Assembly: GCA_030697795.1 (NCBI GenBank)
Contig: JAUYOV010000007.1
Coordinates: forward strand, 73,810-137,809
Source: a bacterium
Lineage (GTDB): Bacteria; Patescibacteriota; Minisyncoccia; JACQLN01
Direction: 5' to 3'
DNA length: 64,000 bases
Of the stretch, positions 53,011 to 61,236 are shown one piece after another. Under the pieces are notes generated by a model that was not told the origin of the DNA, did no database searches, and was given only the letters and a program-made list of their open reading frames with translations. Position 1 is the first letter of the stretch. Each line of letters starts with the position of its first letter. The position numbers and the translations under genes are program-made.

Positions 53011-53341
53011 TTAAAATAATCCTAATCTACGAATTTTATCCGAATTCTCCGAATAAATCTATTTGGAGCATTAGGATACATTCGGATTTTTTGGATTATG
53101 TCATTGTAGCAACAATGTAAAAGTTAGACAATATTTGGTTAAAGTATTCTCGCGTAAAATAACTTTACAAACTAGGCAAGATTTATTGCACAATTAATTA
53201 ACAAGTTATCCACAGTTTGGTACAATTGCTTAACAAATTTTATTATTTGCTTGGCGTGATATAATTCCCAACGTTAAAAGCCTCCCGCACCTTTTCAAAG
53301 TAAAAATATCTATACCACAAAAAGGTGCGGGACAAAAAATA
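53011..53341. promoter_or_regulatory. rpmH-dnaA spacer: oriC candidate / dnaA promoter region with perfect DnaA box TTATCCACA (53206-53214), an ATTCG-type inverted repeat and a hairpin immediately before dnaA
   Basis: TTATCCACA read at 53206-53214. AT-rich. Hairpin cccgcaccttttc...aaaaaggtgcggg at 53287-53335. Confidence 0.5.
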
Positions 53342-54715
53342 ATGGACAAAGACGAACTTTGGCAGGCGGCTCTGGCCGAATTAGAACTTTCTCTTTCTAA
53401 ACCTAATTTTATTACGTGGTTTAAAAATACTTCTATAGCTTCTAAAAAAGAGGGTATGGTTTTAGTCTCAACTCCCAGTGCTTTTATAAAAGAGTGGCTA
53501 GAAGATAAATATAATCTGCTAATACTAAAAACCCTTAGGGGACTATCTAACGATATTAAGGAAGTAAAGTTTTCAATTAAACCCCAGTTATCTGCGGAAG
53601 ACAAAAAAAGTTTAAAAAAGAAGGATATACCAAACCAAATCTTACTAGACCATCAGTTAAACTTAGCTGAATCTGCGGTTTTAGATAAAGAAACCAATCT
53701 AAACCATAAATATACGTTTGATAGCTTTATAGTCGGCTCATCCAATCAACTGGCTCACGCGGCCGCCATCGCTGTTAGCAAAGACATGGGCACGACTTAT
53801 AATCCGTTATTTATCTATGGTGGCGTAGGTTTAGGCAAAACCCATTTACTTCAAGCTATTGGTAACGAAATAGTTAAACAAAACCCCAAAAACAAGGTTC
53901 GCTATATGTCTTCGGAAAAATTTTTGGGCGATCTGATAAATTCCATAAGAAATAAAACTATAGATAAGTTTAAAGAGGAATACAAAAAAATTAACCTTTT
54001 AATTGTTGATGATATTCAATTTATTGCCGGCAAAGAAAAAACCCAAGAAGAATTTTTTCATATCTTTAACGAATTATACGCCAATAACAACCAAATAGTT
54101 TTGTCTTCGGATAGGCCACCTAAAGCTATTACCACGCTGGAGGAGCGCTTAAGGAGCCGGTTTGAGGGTGGTATGATAGCCGACATAACCCCGCCCGACT
54201 ACGAAACCAGAATGGCTATTTTAAAGGCTAAGTTAATAGAAAAAAACCTTGGCGATTTAGACGACAGCATACTTGGTTTTATAGCTAATACGGTAACTAA
54301 AAATATAAGAGAGTTGGAAGGGTCTTTAAATAGGGTGGTTATGTCGTGTAAGGTAGCTAATTCAATTCCGACGTTAGACAAGGTTAAATCTATCCTAGCC
54401 ACCACAAATTCGTTTAATAGTGCTAAAACCTCGCCTAAAGCCATAATTAAAATAGTATCCGAATTTTATGATATTAGAGAAGAAGAGTTAATTAATCAGT
54501 CCCGTAAAAGAGAAATTGTTTTACCCCGACAAATTTGTATGTATTTGATGCGGGAGGAATTAAAAAGCTCGTATCCTTTTATAGGCGACCGGTTTGGCGG
54601 TAGAGACCACACTACTGTTATGCACGCTTGCGATAAAATAAATAAAGAAATTCAAAGTAACGAAAATTTAGTTGAAGAATTAAGCATAATTAAAAATAGA
54701 ATTTACGAAGCCTAG
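53342..54715 (+). CDS. dnaA: Chromosomal replication initiator DnaA
   Basis: 457 aa. Walker A GGVGLGKTHL, sensor motifs, C-terminal DNA-binding domain (...YLMREEL..S...IGDRFGGRDHTTVMHA). Confidence 0.95.
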   Translation: MDKDELWQAALAELELSLSKPNFITWFKNTSIASKKEGMVLVSTPSAFIKEWLEDKYNLLILKTLRGLSNDIKEVKFSIKPQLSAEDKKSLKKKDIPNQILLDHQLNLAESAVLDKETNLNHKYTFDSFIVGSSNQLAHAAAIAVSKDMGTTYNPLFIYGGVGLGKTHLLQAIGNEIVKQNPKNKVRYMSSEKFLGDLINSIRNKTIDKFKEEYKKINLLIVDDIQFIAGKEKTQEEFFHIFNELYANNNQIVLSSDRPPKAITTLEERLRSRFEGGMIADITPPDYETRMAILKAKLIEKNLGDLDDSILGFIANTVTKNIRELEGSLNRVVMSCKVANSIPTLDKVKSILATTNSFNSAKTSPKAIIKIVSEFYDIREEELINQSRKREIVLPRQICMYLMREELKSSYPFIGDRFGGRDHTTVMHACDKINKEIQSNENLVEELSIIKNRIYEA

Positions 54716-54969
54716 TAGCGTGGGAAAACTTGTGGAATAAATTGTTGATTATAAGTGTTAAAAGAAAAATAAACTTATTAGAAAAAATTTTAAACAGGTT
54801 ATTCCACAAAAATAATAAATATTAACCTAAAATAATCCCACTATTTTCCACAATACTTTTTACCAAAAACATAAATAAAATCTGGCTATAATTTAACTTA
54901 ATAAAATATGTGGATAGCTAATAGTTATAATAATTTAATTAAACATATAAAGAATAATTATAAGAACAT
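54716..54969. promoter_or_regulatory. dnaA-dnaN spacer: AT-rich oriC candidate with DnaA-box variants
   Basis: TTTTCCACA at 54844-54852. TGTGGATAG (reverse complement CTATCCACA) at 54909-54917. Weaker ttgtggaataa (54729-) and ttattccacaaa (54799-). About 80% AT. Confidence 0.5.
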
Positions 54970-56085
54970 ATGGAAATAGTTTGTAATATAAATAAATTAA
55001 AAGAATCTTTAGGCTATACCGAAAGAGTTGTAACCCGTCATCTTACTTTACCTATTCTTAATAATGTTCTTATTAAGTCTGACAAGAATGGATTAAGAAT
55101 TTCTTCTACTAACTTAGAAATAGGTGTTAATTCATGGTTTCCTTGTAAGGTTGTTCAAGCTGGAGAAATAACTGTTCCGGCAAAAATATTTCATAGTATT
55201 ATTTCATCTTTAGTTTCAGATAAAGCCAGTTTAGAAGTAAAAGGAGATAATACTTTAAATATTACTTCAGAAGGATATAAGGCGTCTTTAAAAGGAGAAA
55301 GCGCAAAAGATTTTCCAATAATACCTAAGCTTAAAGATGATTTAGTTATTACGTTAAACTCTAGTATTTTTTGTAGGGCCTTGTCCCAACTGGTTGGTTT
55401 TGTTTCTAATTCGGAAACTAGGCCAGAAATAACCGGTGTTATGCTGTATAAAGATGCTGGAGAAAAATTTTTAACAGCCGTAGCCACCGACAGCTTTAGA
55501 TTGGGCGAAAAGAAGATAGAGTTAAAAGAAGAGTATAAAGATGTCACTTTCTCGGTGATCGTGCCTGCCAGGACTATCACAGAGGTTGTACGAGTGTTTT
55601 CTGATAAGACCGAGGATATAAATATTATCTTAGAGAAAAATCAAATAGGCTTTGAATTAAATAAAACGGAAATAATTTCTAGATTAATAGAAGGTAATTA
55701 TCCGGATTATAAAAGATTAATTCCTAATGAATTTAATACTGTGGTTAGATTGGACAAGGATAGATTTAGTAAAATAATAAAGCTGGTTGGTCTTTTTTCA
55801 AGCAAAGTTAATGATATTAAATTATCTTTTGTTAAAGAAAATGGACCCAAATTGGTTATTTATGCTGGAGATAGTGATTTAGGTGAAAACGATTCCGAAT
55901 TTAAAATAGATATGTCGGGTGAGGCTTTAGAAGTTAAATTTAATTGGAGATATTTAGTTGAGGGTGTTTCCAGTATTAGCGGCAATACCGCGGTTTTTAA
56001 TTTTATTGATGAACAAAAGCCTTGTTTAGTTAAATCTTTAGAAGATACCTCGTTTTTATATATAGTGATGCCCATAAGGGCTTAA
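54970..56085 (+). CDS. dnaN: DNA polymerase III beta sliding clamp
   Basis: 371 aa. Three-domain clamp pattern. Immediately downstream of dnaA. Confidence 0.9.
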   Translation: MEIVCNINKLKESLGYTERVVTRHLTLPILNNVLIKSDKNGLRISSTNLEIGVNSWFPCKVVQAGEITVPAKIFHSIISSLVSDKASLEVKGDNTLNITSEGYKASLKGESAKDFPIIPKLKDDLVITLNSSIFCRALSQLVGFVSNSETRPEITGVMLYKDAGEKFLTAVATDSFRLGEKKIELKEEYKDVTFSVIVPARTITEVVRVFSDKTEDINIILEKNQIGFELNKTEIISRLIEGNYPDYKRLIPNEFNTVVRLDKDRFSKIIKLVGLFSSKVNDIKLSFVKENGPKLVIYAGDSDLGENDSEFKIDMSGEALEVKFNWRYLVEGVSSISGNTAVFNFIDEQKPCLVKSLEDTSFLYIVMPIRA

Positions 56086-56196
56086 GGAGTAATCACTAAT
56101 ATACGAATATTAAACGAATATACAAATAATAAAGAATTAGATTCGTTATGCCTATTCGTATATTGAAATAGATTTGTATATTCGCGATTACTAAAT
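56086..56196. repeat. Inverted-repeat intergenic element, ATTCG-unit family
   Basis: gtaatcactaatatacgaatattaaacgaatatac ... ttcgtatattgaaatagatttgtatattcgcgattac. Confidence 0.65.
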
Positions 56197-56745
56197 ATGT
56201 CTGGTCACAGCAAGTGGTCTACCATCAAAAGAAAAAAAGAGGCAACTGATGCCAAAAAAGGTCAGTTGTTTTCCAAACTATCAAAATTAATAGAAATAAC
56301 AGCAAAAAAGGGAGCTGACCCTAAAACCAACTTTTCTTTAAAAGCTGTAGTAGATAAAGCCAAAGCTTCTAATATGCCCGTGATTAATATAGAGAAAGCT
56401 ATTAAAAAGGGCGCGGGTCTTGGGGCAAATGTGAGCAATTTAGAAGAGATTTTATACGAGGCCTACGGTCCGGGCGGAGTGGCTATTTTGATTACTGGTG
56501 TTACCGATAATAAAAACAGGACTACGGCCGAAATTAAACATATCCTTACCCAGCACGAAGCTAATTTGTCTGGAGTGGGTAGTGTTAAATGGCTTTTTGA
56601 ATCCAAATACGAAGACGGCAACGCGGTTTGGGTTTCCAAACAAACTATAAAATTAAGCGATACAGATGAAAACAAATTGGAAGGTCTAATGGAAGAACTG
56701 GATGAACAAGAGGATGTGTCGGAGGTATACACCAATGCGGAATAA
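56197..56745 (+). CDS. yebC: YebC/PmpR-family transcriptional regulator
   Basis: MSGHSKWSTIKRKKEATDAKKGQLFSKL is a canonical YebC N-terminus. Here 182 aa, shorter than the usual ~240. Confidence 0.8.
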   Translation: MSGHSKWSTIKRKKEATDAKKGQLFSKLSKLIEITAKKGADPKTNFSLKAVVDKAKASNMPVINIEKAIKKGAGLGANVSNLEEILYEAYGPGGVAILITGVTDNKNRTTAEIKHILTQHEANLSGVGSVKWLFESKYEDGNAVWVSKQTIKLSDTDENKLEGLMEELDEQEDVSEVYTNAE

Positions 56746-56858
56746 TTTGTAGTGTTCGCCAATATAGCTAATCAAAGCTAATATAGCGAATCGCGTCTGA
56801 CGCTACGAATGAATTCTTATTAGTATATTCGCGTCAATTCGTATATTAGCGAAAAGTA
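56746..56858. repeat. Inverted-repeat intergenic element, ATTCG-unit family (shares exact 27-mer with 51501-51527)
   Basis: ...agtatattcgcgtcaattcgtatattagcgaaaag. Confidence 0.7.
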
Positions 56859-57332
56859 ATGATTATCTTAGGCGTTGATCCCGGCACCAATAAAGCAGGT
56901 TATGGCCTAATTAAAAAAGATGGAGATAATATTTCTTTGTTAGATTATGGTTGTATAGAAATCAAAGCCAAGAGTGATCACAACAACGGGCTTCTTATCG
57001 TTCATAAGGCTTTTGGCAAAATTATTAAAAAATGGAAACCAGAAGTACTCGCCATAGAAAAACTTTTTTTCTTTAAGAATGCTAAAACCATAACCAAAGT
57101 CAGCGAAGCTAGGGGAGTTATTATTTTGGCTGGATTAAAATTAGGTTTGGCCATTAGAGAGTTTACCCCCTTAGAAGTAAAGCAAGCTGTTTCGGCTTAC
57201 GGTAGAGCCGACAAAAAAGCTGTTCAAAAAATGGTTAGGCTTATACTATCTTTAAAAGAAGACCCTCAACCAGATGATGCAGCCGATGCCTTGGCTGTGG
57301 CTATTTGTTCGGCGAACACTAGGGTTTTCTAG
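56859..57332 (+). CDS. ruvC: Holliday junction resolvase RuvC
   Basis: 157 aa. MIILGVDPGTNKAGYGLI and ...DAADALAVAICSA catalytic Asp motifs. Confidence 0.85.
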   Translation: MIILGVDPGTNKAGYGLIKKDGDNISLLDYGCIEIKAKSDHNNGLLIVHKAFGKIIKKWKPEVLAIEKLFFFKNAKTITKVSEARGVIILAGLKLGLAIREFTPLEVKQAVSAYGRADKKAVQKMVRLILSLKEDPQPDDAADALAVAICSANTRVF

Positions 57333-57466
57333 TCACTACAGGGTGGGGACAAAAAGGTCTTGACCTATGTTTAAGCTAAGTGTATTCTGTATAAAAATAA
57401 ATCTCACACCTTTTTAAGGTATACATTTTTACTCTGAAAAGGCGTGGGAAGTCATAAATAATAAAT

Positions 57467-57631
57467 ATGAAAAAAAATAAGCCTTACGGTGATGACTACA
57501 TACCTAGCGATGACGCGGCCGATACTGTGGACGCACAAGAAGAAGAATTAGACGATGAAGACGGGGACGAAGAAGATGCGGATCTCGATGATTCAGATGA
57601 AGACGATGATGAAGAAGAGGAGTTAGAATAA
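57467..57631 (+). CDS. Small (54 aa) extremely acidic protein (Asp/Glu about 60%); not in ORF track
   Basis: MKKNKPYGDDYIPSDDAADTVDAQEEELDDEDGDEEDADLDDSDEDDDEEEELE translated by hand. Followed directly by a strong terminator. Confidence 0.3.
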   Translation: MKKNKPYGDDYIPSDDAADTVDAQEEELDDEDGDEEDADLDDSDEDDDEEEELE

Positions 57632-57637
57632 GAAAAA

Positions 57638-57669
57638 GCACCTCCGACATAAGTCGGAGGTGCTTTTTA
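57638..57669. terminator. Bidirectional terminator (shared with tyrS on minus strand)
   Basis: gcacctccgacataagtcggaggtgc + ttttt. A-run on the other side. Confidence 0.7.
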
Positions 57670-58878
57670 ATCTTCAGGGATTATTTTTATAAATCTATGT
57701 TTGCCTATTTTTACAGTTATAGGTTTATCTACGGTTATTTTTTTATATGGAGAGGCAATAACTTCGCCGTCTTTGTCAGTGGCGCCGTCTTCTATTAAAC
57801 GCCTGGATTCTGTTTTTGATTTTGTTAATCCAGATAAATTTATCACCTCAAGCCAAGTGTATTCTCCTTTTTTAATCTTCTTTTCTTCTATGTTGCTAGG
57901 AGTTTCTTTTTTAGAAAATGTTTTTTCGAAATTATCGGCAACTGCTCTCGCTTCTTTGGCGGAGTGAAAGAAGGAAACTATCTCTTGGCCTAATTTAATT
58001 TTTAAGTCACGCGGGTTAACAGAGTTTTTTTCTAAAGATTCAGATATTTCCTTAATATCAGCTAACGGCAGGCGCGTTAGCAGGGTAAAGTAATCTACCA
58101 TTAAGCTATCTGGCAAAGACATTATTTTCCCAAATTTATCTGTGGCGGAATCATTTAAGGCAATATAGTTGTTCAAACTTTTAGACATTTTTTGATTACC
58201 ATCCAACCCCGCTAAAATTTTAATAGCCACAATATCTTGGGGTTCATCGCCGTGTTTCTTTTGTAAGTCGCGGCCAAAACTTTCGTTAAAAACTTGGTCA
58301 CTGCCTATGACGGTTAAATCGCTTTTTAACATTACAGAATCGTAACCCTGCAGTACTGGATAGATAAGTTCATGTAATTGAATGGCTTCTTTTCTTTTTT
58401 TTCTCTCTTGAAACATATCTCTTTCTAAAACTTGATCCACCGTAAAGTTAGACATTAACTTAAGCAGTTCTTCCGCATTCATTTTATCGTACCATTCGTT
58501 GTTGGTGCGCACCTCAAGCTTCTCTGGATCTAAAATACCACTTATTTGTTTAATATAATTTTTAGCAGCCTCTGTTGTTTCCTCTCTAGACTTTAAGGTT
58601 CTTGATTTTAGTTTTTGCGTGGGGTCGCCAAAACGCCCGGTAAAGCCACCTATTAAAAAGACTATAATATGGCCCATTTCTTGCAAATCGCGCAGTTTCA
58701 AGTAGACTGCTGCGTGCCCTAAATGCAAATCTTGGCCGGAAGGGTCAACACCGTGCTTAACCCTTAAAGGCTTGCCCGAAGACAATTTCTTTGTCACACT
58801 GTCACGGGTTATGATTTCGGAAACGCCCCGCTCTAGGAAGTCGGCTATCTTTTGTGGAGAAGTATCAATCTTATTCAT
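57667..58878 (-). CDS. tyrS: Tyrosyl-tRNA synthetase
   Basis: 403 aa. GVDPSGQDLHLGHAAV (HIGH), KMSKS, C-terminal S4-like domain. Confidence 0.9.
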   Translation of the reverse strand: MNKIDTSPQKIADFLERGVSEIITRDSVTKKLSSGKPLRVKHGVDPSGQDLHLGHAAVYLKLRDLQEMGHIIVFLIGGFTGRFGDPTQKLKSRTLKSREETTEAAKNYIKQISGILDPEKLEVRTNNEWYDKMNAEELLKLMSNFTVDQVLERDMFQERKKRKEAIQLHELIYPVLQGYDSVMLKSDLTVIGSDQVFNESFGRDLQKKHGDEPQDIVAIKILAGLDGNQKMSKSLNNYIALNDSATDKFGKIMSLPDSLMVDYFTLLTRLPLADIKEISESLEKNSVNPRDLKIKLGQEIVSFFHSAKEARAVADNFEKTFSKKETPSNIEEKKIKKGEYTWLEVINLSGLTKSKTESRRLIEDGATDKDGEVIASPYKKITVDKPITVKIGKHRFIKIIPED

Positions 58879-58907
58879 CTATCTAATATATAATATAAAA
58901 CAGAGCC

Positions 58908-61088
58908 ATGCCAGTCAGACGATTTTATAACAGCAGAAGTTTTAGGTTTTTAAAACCGATTTTTTTAATATTCTTTTTTTCGGCGATTGTAATTTCTGCC
59001 CTGCTCCTGATTCTTTTTGTTGTTTTTGCTAGAAACTTACCCAATCCCTATAATTTAGAGGATAGAAATATTACGGAGTCTACAAAAATTTATGATCGTA
59101 CTGGCAAAACTATTCTTTACGATATTCACGGCGAAGAAAGGCGCACGGTGGTGCCTTTTAACGAAATTCCTCAAGTGGTAAAAGATGCCACCATAGTTTC
59201 GGAGGATAGGAATTTTTATAAACATAAAGGCATAGATTTTGAGGCTATTATCAGAGCAGCTTGGCTAAGTTTAACCAGCGATTCTTTACAGGGCGGTTCA
59301 ACTATCACCCAGCAGTTTATTAAAAAATCTATATTAACTTCCGAAAGGACTTTTAGCCGAAAAATAAAAGAAGCCATTTTAGCCTTAGAATTAGAAAGGA
59401 AATATTCCAAAGACGAAATTTTAAATTTTTATTTAAATCAAATTCCTTACGGTATTAATGCTTATGGTATTGAAGCGGCGGCCGAAACATATTTTTCTAA
59501 AAAAGCTACCGAATTAGATTTAGCCGAAGCCGCTCTTTTAGCTTCTTTAATAAGAGCGCCCAGCTATTTTTCGCCCTACGGCGATCACAAAGAAGAATTA
59601 ATAAAGCGCCAACATTTAGTTTTAGATAGAATGCTAGAACTAGATTATATTTCTAAAAGCGACGCTACCAAAGCCAAAAAAGAGGTTTTAGAATTTTCCA
59701 AAATAAGAACAAGTATTTCGGCGCCCCACTTTGTTTTTTATGTTAAAGCTTTATTAGAAGAAAAATACGGCGAAGAATATATAGAAAAAGCCGGGTTAAG
59801 AATAATAACTACGCTGGATTGGGAGCTTCAAGCCCTGGCCGAAGAGGTGGTGGCTACGGGCGCTGAAAGAAACGATAAAGCTGGTGCCCGTAACGCTGCC
59901 CTTGTTGCTCTTGATCCAAAAACCGGGCAAATGTTGGCTATGGTGGGCTCCAGAGACTATTTTAAAGATCCTATTCCGGCAGGTTGTACGCCGGGTGTTA
60001 ACTGCCAATTTGAAGGCAATGTAAATGTGGTAACCCGTATGCGCCAACCGGGCTCTTCTTTTAAGCCTTTTGTTTATGCCACGGCTTTTAAAGAAGGCTA
60101 TACAGATAAAACAATTCTTTTTGATATACCCACGCAATTTGATACGGGTTGCAACCCTCAAGGCCAGCCCATAACGCTAGGCGCAAAATGTTATGCGCCC
60201 AGAAATTTTGATTTTAAATTTAGAGGCCCAGTTACTGTTAGGCAGGCTTTAGCTAATTCTTTAAACATTCCGGCGGTTCAAGTTCTTTATTTGGCTGGCG
60301 TGGATGATTCCATAAACACCGCCGAAGATATGGGTATCACCACATTAAAAGATAGATCTAGATTTGGTTTGTCTTTGGTTTTAGGCGGAGGAGAGGTTAA
60401 ACTTTTGGAAATGGCTTCGGCCTACGGAGCTTTGGCTACAGAAGGCGTCAGGCATCCCTTCGCATCTATTTTACGCATAGAAGATAACAAGGGAAATATT
60501 TTAGAAGAATACAAAGATGAACCGGTGCAGGTTTTAGACACAGAGGTTTCTAGAATGGTAACTAATATTCTTTCCGATAATGTGGCCAGAACCCCAACTT
60601 TTGGCGCCAGAAGCCCGTTATTTTTTTCAGATAGGCCGGTAGCCGCCAAAACCGGTACTACTAACGAATTTAGAGACGGTTGGACAGTGGGTTACACGCC
60701 TTCTTTGGTGGCTGGCGTTTGGGTGGGCAACAATGACAATACTCCTATAAAACAAGAGCCGGGTGTTTATGTGGCAGCGCCCATTTGGCATGATTTTATG
60801 GTGCAAGCTTTTGATAAATTAAATTTAGCGCCGGAAAGTTTTACTCCGCCACATTTTCCAGAAGTTTCTAAGCCCATTTTAAATGGGCAGTATTTAATAA
60901 ATGGAGAAATACATTCTACTTTATATTATGTAAATAAAGATGAGCCTACTGGGCCAGCGCCGGCTAATCCTAGCGCGGATCCGATGTTTAATAATTGGGA
61001 GACTGCAGTAAGAAGCTGGTTTGGGCCCGTGCCTGTGGTCAATAAAGAAACAGCTCCGCTGCAAACGGAAAATACGCCCCAACCATAG
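58908..61088 (+). CDS. mrcA: Class A penicillin-binding protein (glycosyltransferase + transpeptidase), PBP1A-type
   Basis: 726 aa. N-terminal TM. GT51 motifs (EDRNFYKHKGID; GGSTITQQFIKK). TP motifs (SxxK in RQPGSSFKPF, SLN, KTGTT). Confidence 0.9.
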   Translation: MPVRRFYNSRSFRFLKPIFLIFFFSAIVISALLLILFVVFARNLPNPYNLEDRNITESTKIYDRTGKTILYDIHGEERRTVVPFNEIPQVVKDATIVSEDRNFYKHKGIDFEAIIRAAWLSLTSDSLQGGSTITQQFIKKSILTSERTFSRKIKEAILALELERKYSKDEILNFYLNQIPYGINAYGIEAAAETYFSKKATELDLAEAALLASLIRAPSYFSPYGDHKEELIKRQHLVLDRMLELDYISKSDATKAKKEVLEFSKIRTSISAPHFVFYVKALLEEKYGEEYIEKAGLRIITTLDWELQALAEEVVATGAERNDKAGARNAALVALDPKTGQMLAMVGSRDYFKDPIPAGCTPGVNCQFEGNVNVVTRMRQPGSSFKPFVYATAFKEGYTDKTILFDIPTQFDTGCNPQGQPITLGAKCYAPRNFDFKFRGPVTVRQALANSLNIPAVQVLYLAGVDDSINTAEDMGITTLKDRSRFGLSLVLGGGEVKLLEMASAYGALATEGVRHPFASILRIEDNKGNILEEYKDEPVQVLDTEVSRMVTNILSDNVARTPTFGARSPLFFSDRPVAAKTGTTNEFRDGWTVGYTPSLVAGVWVGNNDNTPIKQEPGVYVAAPIWHDFMVQAFDKLNLAPESFTPPHFPEVSKPILNGQYLINGEIHSTLYYVNKDEPTGPAPANPSADPMFNNWETAVRSWFGPVPVVNKETAPLQTENTPQP

Positions 61089-61236
61089 GCGTATCTTGAG
61101 GTACTCGTTGGACTTTACAAACAATTTTCGCAATGGTATAGTCTTTTTAATAGTTCCTTGTCAATTTTCTTAAATAATGTCATAAACACACATTATTTCA
61201 ACCCTATACCTATCCTAAAAGGATAAGGAGGCAGTT

